Part shown: positions 20,262 through 31,252 of the stretch, piece after piece
Layout: each line of letters opens with the position of its first letter
Numbering within the stretch: position 1 is the first letter of the stretch
Source: Bacteroidales bacterium
GTDB lineage: Bacteria; Bacteroidota; Bacteroidia; Bacteroidales; UBA12481
Length of the DNA stretch: 64,000 nucleotides
Direction of reading: 5' to 3'
NCBI GenBank assembly: GCA_041662065.1
Contig: JBAZTE010000007.1
Location: 134,466-198,465, forward strand
Notes under the pieces: generated by a model
What the model saw: only the letters and a program-made list of their open reading frames with translations
The model's database searches: none
What the model was told of the DNA's origin: nothing
Program-made: the position numbers and the translations under genes

Positions 20262-21548
20262 TTATTCTTTAATCAGATGAGTTTTACCGATAGAGACACC
20301 CTGTTTGTCGCGGGCTACAAGTATATAGCTTCCCCGACCCACTTTTGAAAGATTCAGCTGGAAATTAACATCCGAACCCGTGGCAGTGATGGTTTCTTCC
20401 AGAACTTTCTGTCCCGTAATCGAAGTTAATGTAAGGGTGACCTGTCCGGGATTTGGCTGAGAAATCCTGACCATGGTCTCGCTCACTGCTGGATTAGGGA
20501 ATACGGTCAAACCGATATCAGGCATCAGGGTGATGTCAGTGCTCAGTGATGCAAAATTGCTGAAGACCTCTTTTTTTGTATTTGTCCAATTACCGCCAAA
20601 AGTAAAGGTCTCCGTAATTCTTTGAGTCAAGTTATTGCCGTCATAGGTAAGTGTATACCGGATGGCTGCAAAAATGGTCCAGGTTCCCATATTCATTTCC
20701 GTTTGCTGGAGGGTTGCATTCCCATGAGAATCCACTGTGGAGGTGGTTCTGCTAACCGCCATCCACCCACCTGACCCATCGTCCGTAAATATGGTCATCA
20801 CTGTCGTCAGGTTATCCGGATATTCGTTAACAATTTTACCTGATACTACCCAGACGTTATTTGTCCAATCATACATGATCGAGGTCGAAACTTTGTCGCC
20901 CGTCCATGAATATTCTACCTTGGTTTGGTTAACCCATTGATTTACCTCCCATTTCTCCACAATGATTGTTCCGAAATAGATACTTGTACCGGAATAGGTA
21001 TAGGTTTCTCTTAAGCTGTTATCCCAGGTTTGCGTCATCATATTCCATTCTTTCATTGTAACAACGCTGATCCTGTTACCATCCATGGTGTAAGTATTCT
21101 GGGTTCCGTCCTGCAGTACCCATGCACCATTCCACGTTTCATGACGGGTTTCCGTCTCATAGCCTGAAGCATTGTACGTGGAGGTCCACCTTTCAACATC
21201 AACCCAGGCAGTTCCGTTCCAGTTTTGATATTTATGTTCGGTGCCGTTATGCTGGGCGTCATAAGAAAACAAACGCCTGGTTTTATTAGAGCCCTGAGTA
21301 TATTCGATCGCCGAAGCCTCCCCGAAAGAGGTGTAACTGGTTTCCAACGTACGGAACAGAACCCAGGCAGTCGTCCAATTAAACTCTTCGGTATGTCGCG
21401 GATAACTTCCTACCACGCCCGATTTGAGTTGTATGTCATTCTTCCTCTGCATTTCCTTGATCAAATGGGGGATATAGGCATTTTGGGCCAATGCATTAGT
21501 TGTAAACAACATAGCAAAGGCAACCAAGGATAATACGATCTTTTTCAT
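20262..21548 (-). CDS. Secreted Trp-rich repeat protein with T9SS C-terminal sorting domain
   Basis: 428 aa. It has a signal peptide and about 9 degenerate repeats (W-x2-4-W...Y-x-Y-x-G-N). The C-terminal ~80 aa match the type A Por secretion tail pattern (VFPNPA..., ...GSYILVARDKQG..). Confidence 0.75.
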   Translation of the reverse strand: MKKIVLSLVAFAMLFTTNALAQNAYIPHLIKEMQRKNDIQLKSGVVGSYPRHTEEFNWTTAWVLFRTLETSYTSFGEASAIEYTQGSNKTRRLFSYDAQHNGTEHKYQNWNGTAWVDVERWTSTYNASGYETETRHETWNGAWVLQDGTQNTYTMDGNRISVVTMKEWNMMTQTWDNSLRETYTYSGTSIYFGTIIVEKWEVNQWVNQTKVEYSWTGDKVSTSIMYDWTNNVWVVSGKIVNEYPDNLTTVMTIFTDDGSGGWMAVSRTTSTVDSHGNATLQQTEMNMGTWTIFAAIRYTLTYDGNNLTQRITETFTFGGNWTNTKKEVFSNFASLSTDITLMPDIGLTVFPNPAVSETMVRISQPNPGQVTLTLTSITGQKVLEETITATGSDVNFQLNLSKVGRGSYILVARDKQGVSIGKTHLIKE

Positions 21549-21586
21549 GATATTTAGTTTTTGTGATTACTTCACTAAGGTATACA

Positions 21587-21594
21587 CAAATATA
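21587..21594 (-). promoter_or_regulatory. Candidate -7 promoter box (TATATTTG) for the T9SS-cargo/ridA pair
   Basis: Exact TAnnTTTG match on the minus strand, 39 nt upstream of the ATG at 21548. Confidence 0.45.
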
Positions 21595-21631
21595 ATGAAA
21601 ATGTTCCCGGCATCGATCTGCCACCCGGAAC

Positions 21632-21669
21632 AAAAAAAAGAGGCTGTCTCATCAGCGAGACAGCCTCTT
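21632..21669 (-). terminator. Rho-independent terminator of groEL
   Basis: AAGAGGCTGTCTC-ATCAGC-GAGACAGCCTCTT forms a 13-bp stem, followed on the minus strand by a T8 run. Confidence 0.8.
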
Positions 21670-21690
21670 CAATATATTCAGGAACTGATA

Positions 21691-23346
<1,656 letters not shown>

Positions 23347-23360
23347 TTATAAGTTTTTGA

Positions 23361-23642
23361 TTATTGGATTACAGCCAGGATATCGGACTGCTTCATGATC
23401 AGGAAGGTTTTATCTTCAACCTTGATCTCGGTGCCGGAGTATTTGCCGTAGAGGACAACATTTCCGACTTTCACTTCCATAGTAACATCTTTTGTTCCCG
23501 GTCCTGCGGCAATTACTTTGCCTTTCTGCGGTTTTTCCTGAGCCGAATCCGGTATAATGATACCAGAGGCGGTTTTCACTTCAGCTTCCTGAGGTTCAAC
23601 AAGAACCCTTTCTCCAAGTGGTTTTACGTTTACTGTTGCCAT
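23361..23642 (-). CDS. groS: Co-chaperonin GroES
   Basis: 93 aa with the mobile loop region, 26 nt upstream of groEL. Confidence 0.95.
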   Translation of the reverse strand: MATVNVKPLGERVLVEPQEAEVKTASGIIIPDSAQEKPQKGKVIAAGPGTKDVTMEVKVGNVVLYGKYSGTEIKVEDKTFLIMKQSDILAVIQ

Positions 23643-23734
23643 AATTCACTATTTTGATTATTGATAAATATTTTTTAGGTATAGGCTATTCTATCATATT
23701 GCATGCCATCCACCCGTGACTGACAGACTGACAT

Positions 23735-23769
23735 AAAAAAAGGATCCCCGCGGTGGCGGGGATCCTTTT
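23735..23769 (-). terminator. Intrinsic terminator downstream of secG
   Basis: GGATCCCCGC-GGTG-GCGGGGATCC hairpin flanked by an A7 run on the 5' side and TTTT on the 3' side of the + strand. On the minus strand this gives a T7 run after the stem. Confidence 0.75.
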
Positions 23770-23784
23770 CAACATTTTAATGCT

Positions 23785-24141
23785 TTATTTTTTGGGCGTT
23801 TCAGTACCTCCAGCTGGCTGACCTGTTGGCACACCGGTTGGAATTTGCAGCACCTCGGTTGGATCCACTGCATTCTGGATCTGTTCTTCTATGGCTGATT
23901 GACTCGAAGCTGAACCTCCGCGGGAAATCGAAAGACTGGCTGCGATCGATAATACGAGCAGCGCAATCGCCAGTGACCAGGTTGCTTTTTCCAGGAAATC
24001 ATTAGTCCGGCGAACACCCATAATTTGGGTTGATGCTGAGAAATTTGCGGCCAAACCACCGCCTTTTGAGTTCTGCACCAAAACGATCAGACCGAGCAAG
24101 ACACAAACGACCAGGATCAGAATGGAAAGAAAGATATACAT
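23785..24141 (-). CDS. secG: Preprotein translocase subunit SecG
   Basis: 118 aa. It has two TM segments and the LVQNSKGGGL motif. Confidence 0.85.
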   Translation of the reverse strand: MYIFLSILILVVCVLLGLIVLVQNSKGGGLAANFSASTQIMGVRRTNDFLEKATWSLAIALLVLSIAASLSISRGGSASSQSAIEEQIQNAVDPTEVLQIPTGVPTGQPAGGTETPKK

Positions 24142-24152
24142 ACTGTATTGAT

Positions 24153-25031
24153 TTATTGATTCTTAATAAGTTCCCTAACCATATCAATTTGATTGGCAAA
24201 GTAAACACTTTTTTCAGGAATTTTCAAACTTAGTTTTTCATATGCCTGAATTGCCTTTAAATAATATCCCTGCTGCACATAAATGCGTGCAAGAGTTTCT
24301 GTCAGAAACTCATCATCTTCCCTTAAGCTGTTCAGCGAAACATCCAGGTCATTGGCCGGAGCATTATCGGGACGTAAGACTTTAAGCTGTGGATTTTCGA
24401 TGAACTTGTCGATCAGCGTGTCAGCGGCTGATTTGTTTTGATTCCGGGTATCCAGTTTCTGCAAATCACCGGCATAGCCCATTGGCCGGATAACAGGTTC
24501 GGTATTTTTCTTCCGGCTTAACGGATCGGTATCCAGGAACTGCCGCAGCAGGGCAGGGTCAAGCTCAGGGACTTTGTTTTGTGAAGGCACCTCAGGCTGG
24601 CCACCTTCAGTGTAGGCCGGGAAATCAAACAGGAGCAGGTCATTATCCTCAAACGGAAGAAAATGCTCCACCTCTCGTACCAGAAGGGTTTTGTCGTCAT
24701 CTCCGTTGTTTTCACCGGCAGGTTTTACCGGAGGAATCCGGACCTGTCCGAAGTGATCTTCGCTCACAGGATCCAACGGCGGCTTTTTTTCAGTTTCCTT
24801 GGGTCCATTTAACAATTCAAAAAGCACTTTCCGGTCGCCGGCATAAGCAGCCGCTATTTTCAGCTGCCGGTTAAACCGGATATCCTCAATATTCTGAAGA
24901 GCTTTAAGGAAAAGCAATTGAGCGGGCTGACAAAACGGATACTCCCGGATTATTTCTCCAATGTCATGAACCGAAGTTGAATCCAGTTTTTCAGGATGTT
25001 CGGTAAAATCAGAGAAAAGTTCGGGGTTCAT
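24153..25031 (-). CDS. Hypothetical protein (C-terminal TPR-like helix pair)
   Basis: 292 aa, tightly packed between lptE and secG. It has an acidic, Pro-rich middle and a C-terminal YVQQGYYLKAIQAYEKL TPR-like segment. Confidence 0.55.
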   Translation of the reverse strand: MNPELFSDFTEHPEKLDSTSVHDIGEIIREYPFCQPAQLLFLKALQNIEDIRFNRQLKIAAAYAGDRKVLFELLNGPKETEKKPPLDPVSEDHFGQVRIPPVKPAGENNGDDDKTLLVREVEHFLPFEDNDLLLFDFPAYTEGGQPEVPSQNKVPELDPALLRQFLDTDPLSRKKNTEPVIRPMGYAGDLQKLDTRNQNKSAADTLIDKFIENPQLKVLRPDNAPANDLDVSLNSLREDDEFLTETLARIYVQQGYYLKAIQAYEKLSLKIPEKSVYFANQIDMVRELIKNQ

Positions 25032-25032
25032 G

Positions 25033-25551
25033 CTACCAGTTAACGACTGAGCGGTTAAAAATATCCTCGATCAATTTTTCCAGTATCAGGGGGACCAGAT
25101 CACCTTCGACCGCATCCAGACCTTGATCGCTGTTATAATCTTCATAAGCCTGAAACTGCGACTCAAAACTATTCTTCGGATCCTTCTGATTGATGAATTT
25201 CACTTTAACCGTGATCGTCAACCTGTTCAATGCAGCTTTATCGGTCTGGTCATTCCCGGTGATAGCCATCGGTTTGGTGTCATAGCCTGTGATCTCACCC
25301 TCAAAACTGATGTCGCCGTCACTGCTGATCATGTTCAGGCTCGTCTGCGAAATGAATTTGTCTTTCAGCTTTTCTGTCAGCTCCTGACTGAGGATCGGGT
25401 TAACCAACGGAGCCCTGTTCGGGAAATAAGCCACCGAGATGGTTTTTTCACCGGCTGAAAGGGAAGCGCCACTCGTTTTATAACTGACTGTACAACCGGC
25501 CATGCCAACCAGCATCCCCACCACCAACAACAGGTATATTGATTTTCTCAT
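25033..25551 (-). CDS. lptE: LptE-family LPS-assembly lipoprotein
   Basis: 172 aa. It has a lipobox (MAGC). From memory it is collinear with Bacteroidota LptE-family proteins in the NRLTITVKVKF segment and the C-terminal DIFNRSVVNW. Confidence 0.65.
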   Translation of the reverse strand: MRKSIYLLLVVGMLVGMAGCTVSYKTSGASLSAGEKTISVAYFPNRAPLVNPILSQELTEKLKDKFISQTSLNMISSDGDISFEGEITGYDTKPMAITGNDQTDKAALNRLTITVKVKFINQKDPKNSFESQFQAYEDYNSDQGLDAVEGDLVPLILEKLIEDIFNRSVVNW

Positions 25552-26786
25552 TCCTCGATTCCGAATTCCTTGATTTTCCGATACAGGGTCCGCTCGCTGA
25601 TTCCCAATTCCTGGGCTGCCAGTTTACGTTTACCCTGATGCTTCCTTAACGACTTGTTTATCAATTCAATCTCTTTATCCTGTAAAAGTAATGATTCTTC
25701 AATGATCTCTTCGGTGTCTTCGATTTGCGATTCATCCACCCTTTTTACGTGAATCTGAGGCTGAGTGTTCACCGGTGGGTCGAACCTGACATCCTGTTCC
25801 TGGTAAAGTCTGCTGAGAATGCTCTGGTCCTCCTGCTCCATGCCGGGGATCCCTTCCTTGTGGCTCATCATGGTGTTAACGAGCTTCTTAAGATCGTTGA
25901 CATCCCGTTTCATATCGAATAATATCTGGTAAAGGATTTCGCGCTCCGACCGGAACGACCGGTCATCGTTATCACGGGGCATCAGAACGGGGAGGCTCGA
26001 CCGTGTATCGGCTGGCAGATAGAGTTTTAACCTCTCAATGGTGACCAGCCTTTCCTGTTCAATGATCGAGAGTTGCTCGGTAATGTTTTTCAACTGCCGG
26101 ATATTTCCCGGCCATTTATAGTTTTCAAGTGCCAACTGGGCGGCTTCATCCAGCCGGACGACCGGCATCATATATTTCTCGGCAAAATCCTGGGCAAATT
26201 TCCGGAACAGGAGATGGATGTCCTCCTTGCGGTTGCGCAACGGTGCGATAATAATCGGCACGGTATTCAACCGGTAAAAAAGATCTTCACGGAACCTTCC
26301 TTCATGCACTGCCTTTTGAATATCAACATTGGTGGCAGCGACGAGGCGTATATTGGTTTTTTGAGCCTTGGATGAACCGACACGAATAAATTCTCCGGTT
26401 TCAAGGACCCTGAGGAGCCTGACCTGGGTGGAAAGGGGAAGCTCTCCGATCTCATCCAGAAAAATGGTTCCGCCGTTGGCTTCCTCAAAATATCCCTTGC
26501 GGGCCTCATGGGCTCCGGTAAAAGAGCCTTTTTCGTGGCCGAATAATTCCGAATCAATGGTTCCTTCAGGAATAGCCCCGCAGTTGACAGCACTGTAGGG
26601 TCCATGCTTGCGGGTGCTGTATTGGTGAATGATCTGGGGAAACCGTTCCTTTCCGGTCCCGCTCTCGCCCGTGATCAGCACCGACAGGTCAGTCGGAGCC
26701 ACCTGAACAGCCACTTCAATGGCACGATGAAGGGCCGGGGAGTTCCCTATAATTTCAAACCGCTGTTTTATCTTGTTGACTTCCAT
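25548..26786 (-). CDS. Sigma-54-dependent transcriptional activator without N-terminal sensory domain
   Basis: 412 aa. The protein starts directly in the AAA+ domain (Walker A GESGTGKE, GAFTGA-like GSFTGA, Walker B FLDEIGE) and has a C-terminal Fis-type HTH (ISERTLYRKIKEFGI). Confidence 0.85.
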   Translation of the reverse strand: MEVNKIKQRFEIIGNSPALHRAIEVAVQVAPTDLSVLITGESGTGKERFPQIIHQYSTRKHGPYSAVNCGAIPEGTIDSELFGHEKGSFTGAHEARKGYFEEANGGTIFLDEIGELPLSTQVRLLRVLETGEFIRVGSSKAQKTNIRLVAATNVDIQKAVHEGRFREDLFYRLNTVPIIIAPLRNRKEDIHLLFRKFAQDFAEKYMMPVVRLDEAAQLALENYKWPGNIRQLKNITEQLSIIEQERLVTIERLKLYLPADTRSSLPVLMPRDNDDRSFRSEREILYQILFDMKRDVNDLKKLVNTMMSHKEGIPGMEQEDQSILSRLYQEQDVRFDPPVNTQPQIHVKRVDESQIEDTEEIIEESLLLQDKEIELINKSLRKHQGKRKLAAQELGISERTLYRKIKEFGIEE

Positions 26787-26915
26787 ACAAAAATTTCAAT
26801 TGCTTAGCTGATAAATCACGCATCTCAAACCAGTTTATCAATCAGGTAAAGGTACAACTTTCCTCGTTTTTTATAACTTAATGGCCTTATTTACCAAAAC
26901 GCCAGGGCAAACAAG

Positions 26916-27656
26916 ATGTTGCAAACCGATGATATATTAGGGATTATACCGGCAAGGATGGCCTCCTCCCGGTTCCCCGGAAAACCTTTGGTGCTCATAC
27001 AAGGAATCCCGATGGTCATTAGAGTATACCAGAATGCCTCGAAGGTGCTCAGAAACGTTGTCATTGCCAGCGGAGATCAGGCGATCGAAAAGGTAGCCCG
27101 GAGTTATGGGGCTTCCTTTATCCTGACCTGTGGCGATCATGGTTCGGGGACCAGTCGCTGTTCCGAAGCAATGAATTTGCATTCCGCTCAAACGGGATTA
27201 TCCTGGAAAGCCGTCCTGAATATCCAGGGCGATGAACCCATGCTCTCACCGGAAGCGATTGCCACCCTGGTAGCTGATATCCGACTTCCCGAAAACAAGA
27301 TCTCAACCCTGATCCGGCCTGAGAGCAACCCGATGGCTTTACGGAATCCCAACCGGGTAAAAGTGGTCACCGACCTCAAAGGCCGGGCCCTCTATTTTTC
27401 CCGGTCACCCATCCCCCATGTTCGCAATGGAGGATGTGCATGGTTTTCGCATGTCGGCATATATGCTTTTAAGAGGGAAATACTGGAAGAGATAAGCACC
27501 CTCGAACCCGGGAAGCTGGAATTGACAGAATCGCTGGAGCAATTGCGATGGCTTGAGAACGGCTATCCTGTTCACTGCTGTGAAACGGATTATGCAGGAT
27601 TCGGGGTCGACACCCCCGAAGATTTGGATGCCCTGTTAAAGTCGGGCTGGACCTGA
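26916..27656 (+). CDS. kdsB: 3-deoxy-manno-octulosonate cytidylyltransferase
   Basis: 246 aa with the IIPARMASSRFPGKPL and NIQGDEP motifs. Confidence 0.9.
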   Translation: MLQTDDILGIIPARMASSRFPGKPLVLIQGIPMVIRVYQNASKVLRNVVIASGDQAIEKVARSYGASFILTCGDHGSGTSRCSEAMNLHSAQTGLSWKAVLNIQGDEPMLSPEAIATLVADIRLPENKISTLIRPESNPMALRNPNRVKVVTDLKGRALYFSRSPIPHVRNGGCAWFSHVGIYAFKREILEEISTLEPGKLELTESLEQLRWLENGYPVHCCETDYAGFGVDTPEDLDALLKSGWT

Positions 27657-28667
27657 TTCCGTTTGGTTCACCAGATGTTCCACTTCCTCCGTAAAATCCA
27701 GATTTGGGTTGTCTGACTGCATTTGCCTGATTTTCGCAAGCAGCGCAGCTACAAACTGCCTATGCGTATCGGTTACGTGCATACCAGGCCGGTGGTGCGC
27801 GGCTTTGACCAGACGGCCGACCTCATCCATCAATGGGTAAACTGACGGATCGATGCATGTCTTCACAAATTTCTCCCAAACATATCCGATACCCGAGTCA
27901 CCCGGATGCATCATGTCAGTATCATAATACCGGTAATCGCGCAGATCATCCATGAAGATTTCATAGCTGGGGAAATAAAACAGATCCGGTATTTTTTCCA
28001 TCAGTGTTCCGATAAACAGGAAAAGGATGGATTTGCTCATCTGATTGCCGGCAGGGCCATCCTTGAAATACCTTACAGGGCTAACGGAAAGGCAAATACG
28101 AAGACCGGGGTTCTGAGCCATCAGCGCCTCCAGCAAGGGGATCCATAGTTCAGCCAGTTCATCCGGCCCGGGTTTTCGAGAATAAAACTCTCCGGCAGGC
28201 AGTTTATGACAATTGGAAACCAACCGGTCACCGGTTCTCAGGAAAAAGGCTTCCGGCGTACCGAAAGTGAGGACCAGCAGTCCTGCCTGTTTAAGAAATG
28301 CCGATGAATCGCGGGTTTGCCGGGAAAGCATTTCAGTTAATAATTCAGGATCCGGGTGAGAAAACCGGCTATGGTGCTGCCATGAATGCCATAATCCCTC
28401 ATGAAATACCAGGTCATCGCGACTGAAAACACGCGGGTGCATCAAAATGCCCAGCTGTTCCGCCATCGACAAAGGATTGTAAACAATCCCGAACGGGTTC
28501 ATATCCACGGCAAACTTCAACGATTTCAACCGGTTACCGATATGTTCGGTAAAACAGGAGCCTATAAGCATGATCCTGTCACCATAGGTCACCGGCCGGT
28601 TTATCGGAACGGTTTCCACCAGTGTCCGGAGGCCTTCCCGCTTATAGTATGATGATTTTCCTGGCAT
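27636..28667 (-). CDS. GSCFA-domain protein
   Basis: It has the literal IGSCFTEHIG motif and GSCFA-family length. I choose the start at ATG 28667; the ORF-track start at 28748 would add a 27-aa overlap with the upstream gene. Its 3' end overlaps kdsB by 21 nt. Confidence 0.8.
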   Translation of the reverse strand: MPGKSSYYKREGLRTLVETVPINRPVTYGDRIMLIGSCFTEHIGNRLKSLKFAVDMNPFGIVYNPLSMAEQLGILMHPRVFSRDDLVFHEGLWHSWQHHSRFSHPDPELLTEMLSRQTRDSSAFLKQAGLLVLTFGTPEAFFLRTGDRLVSNCHKLPAGEFYSRKPGPDELAELWIPLLEALMAQNPGLRICLSVSPVRYFKDGPAGNQMSKSILFLFIGTLMEKIPDLFYFPSYEIFMDDLRDYRYYDTDMMHPGDSGIGYVWEKFVKTCIDPSVYPLMDEVGRLVKAAHHRPGMHVTDTHRQFVAALLAKIRQMQSDNPNLDFTEEVEHLVNQTESGPARL

Positions 28668-30308
28668 AAACCGATTTATCAGACTGTATCCGCAAAATGA
28701 ACATTTGACCTGCCCCGGCCGGAATCGATATACCCTGATCACCGGCATGGAGCCTTATACAGGGATATTCATTGATGAGTCTACCTGCAAGGTCCATCAT
28801 GACTACACGGACACTCATATCCTGCTGAGCATGCAAATCAATCCGGATGGTATGATCAGAACCTGACTGCAATCCAGATATCCAAAAATCCGACGTTAAT
28901 GCCATGTTTTCGATTGATCCGGAGGCAAAATATTCGAAGACACCGATATCAAAACTTCCTGTCTCAGGCCGCTCCCGGTCATCCAGATCTTTTGTAACAC
29001 CGGCATACCGGAGGTTGAGACCGGCATCTATCAGCGGGGATGAAACCACCAGGTGGTAATCATCCCCTGCCGCATTGGCAAATCCGGCAAGCGAGGCGCT
29101 TCGAGTAAAAAAATTGTTCGATGAAACATACTCTTGGTAATTACCGGTATCATAGATATAGGAATCCAAGCCGGTCCTTGCTGTGTTGTCGTTCTCATAA
29201 AGATCGAAAGCTCCCGGGTCGGCGATCACGTTATTAAATATGCGGACTTCAAAATCCAGTGTCTGATCAAGTCGGATACCATCGGCTTTCGGTTGGATTA
29301 TGGTATTGTTATATATCCCGATATAGGTTTTCTCCTCATTAGTTTTATCCCAAGAAATATCCCGTACTCAGGCTTTTCAGGGTCATCGGGTAAATACCTT
29401 TTACCGGGCCTGATGATCAGGTTGTTGAAAACCTTTGTTCCCGATTTGCCAAAGACCAGGATACCCGTGGCATAGGGATCGATAATATAATTGTTGTAAC
29501 AACTGGCCAGGGTGCCGCCACCAATGAGTATTCCACACATTTGATTGCTAACCATGCGATAACTGCAATCAATCAGCAGATTATGATGAATCTCACAGTC
29601 GTTCACTGCCGAAGACACCTGAATTCCATCATAACCGCTGCGTTCGATCCTGTTGTTGTAAATACGGGTTCCAACGAGAACAGTCGGCAGCACAGTGGTA
29701 TGGCAGTCGGACAGTTCATAGCCGCTGTAAGAGGTATGACCGATATAAAGTCCTTCCCCACCGACATCATGTATAAAGCAATCATGGATAACCGTGTTAT
29801 ATTGAACAAAGCCGCCACGGAAAGAACTTGGGTCACCGCATACCGGATCGGTTTTTGCTTTAATTCCGGCAAAGCCGATATTAAAAATCTCGCAGCCCTG
29901 AATTTCAAAGTCGGTCGACCTGTTCTCCATGGTTAATCCCACTCCTGAAGTATCCATGACGGGTCCGATCCGGATACCATACACAAAGTCTTTACCCGGC
30001 AGACCGGTCAATTTAAAATAGGAGCAATCCGAAAAAGTCATTCCGTAACTATTGGCTGATTCAATGATCAGCTGCCCGTCAAGATTTGCAAAAACGATCG
30101 GATTTCCCGGTTGTCCATGAAAATTGTTGACACGCAGGGAGTTGCGTAAACCGGACTGGATCCAGACAGTATCGCCGGGCCTGACTGATGAGTAAGCGGT
30201 TAAACCATCTGCCGTGCCGGTGGTGCGGTTGATCATGTGAGGCTGGCTGGCCAGTGGGACTACCCGGGCGAGTAACAGTATCAGGCCAAAGATCAGTATT
30301 CGGTTCAT
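28642..30308 (-). pseudogene. Right-handed beta-helix T9SS cargo gene split by a 1-nt frameshift (ORFs 29298..30308 and 28642..29229)
   Basis: The upstream ORF carries a signal peptide and beta-helix NN-turn repeats (IYNNRI, CYNNYI, VFNNLI). The downstream frame is open from 29367 and continues the same repeat style (IGIYNNTII.., RIFNNVIA) into a T9SS C-terminal domain. The two frames overlap in 29301..29367. Confidence 0.65.
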
Positions 30309-31246
30309 CAGGATTTATCCTTTTCCAGAAACTCAAAGTTCCTGATAATTCCCGACCATCCGGCACGAAGTACCGGAGTTCCGTCAAATAAATGTGCGAA
30401 AGTGTTTACATCGAGACCTTTAATCGTGGTGTCGCTAAGATCGGACAAGCCAGGTTTAGGCAAAAAACGGGTTATCGGGGTGACCTCCGCTTTTTTATTC
30501 CAGGGGCAAACATCCTGGCAGATATCGCATCCGAATATCCAATCCTTCCATTGTCCTATAAACTCTTCAGGGATCTCGTCCTGCTGTTCGATGGTCAGGT
30601 AAGAGATGCACTTGCGGGGGTCAATGGAGCCATCACCGTTCAGGGCGCGGGTTGGACAGGCCTCTATACAACGGGTGCAGGTTCCGCACCGGCCGGTAAC
30701 CTCCTCTGTTTCACAGGGAATTTCGAGATCAATAATCAGCTCGGCAAGGAAGAACCAGGATCCCTTGCCGGGCAGGATCAGGCATCCATTTTTCCCAATC
30801 CAGCCGATTCCTGCCTGCACGGCCCACTCACGCTCGAAAACAGGTGCCGAATCGGTAAAAATACGGCCGTTCACCGGACCTGTTTCCCGGCGGATCCATT
30901 CCAGCAATTGCCTTCCGGATGATTTCAGAACCTTGTGGTAATCCTCACCGAGGGCATACCTGCTTATCCGAGGGGTTCCGGGAGCCGGAACGGGCAGGTT
31001 TGAATAATAGCCGGCGGCAAGAACAATAACCGTTTTAGCTCCCTCAACCAATTTTCGTGGATCGAGCCTGACCTCCACATTCCGGTTCAGGTAGCTCATT
31101 TCGCCTGCATTGCCCTTGGAAAGCCAATCGCGGAACACCGGCTCCAATTTTTGAAGATACGCTGCCGGTGCAAAACCGCATGCCGAAAAACCCAGCTCGA
31201 AAGCCTTCTGCTGAATCCCGGCGGCTATGTTAATGGTTCCTGACAA
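30308..31246 (-). CDS. queG: tRNA epoxyqueuosine(34) reductase
   Basis: 312 aa with two 4Fe-4S ferredoxin motifs (CGTCTRCIEACP, CDICQDVCPWN). Its stop shares one base with the start of the downstream beta-helix gene (TGATG). Confidence 0.9.
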   Translation of the reverse strand: MSGTINIAAGIQQKAFELGFSACGFAPAAYLQKLEPVFRDWLSKGNAGEMSYLNRNVEVRLDPRKLVEGAKTVIVLAAGYYSNLPVPAPGTPRISRYALGEDYHKVLKSSGRQLLEWIRRETGPVNGRIFTDSAPVFEREWAVQAGIGWIGKNGCLILPGKGSWFFLAELIIDLEIPCETEEVTGRCGTCTRCIEACPTRALNGDGSIDPRKCISYLTIEQQDEIPEEFIGQWKDWIFGCDICQDVCPWNKKAEVTPITRFLPKPGLSDLSDTTIKGLDVNTFAHLFDGTPVLRAGWSGIIRNFEFLEKDKS

Positions 31247-31252
31247 ATGATA

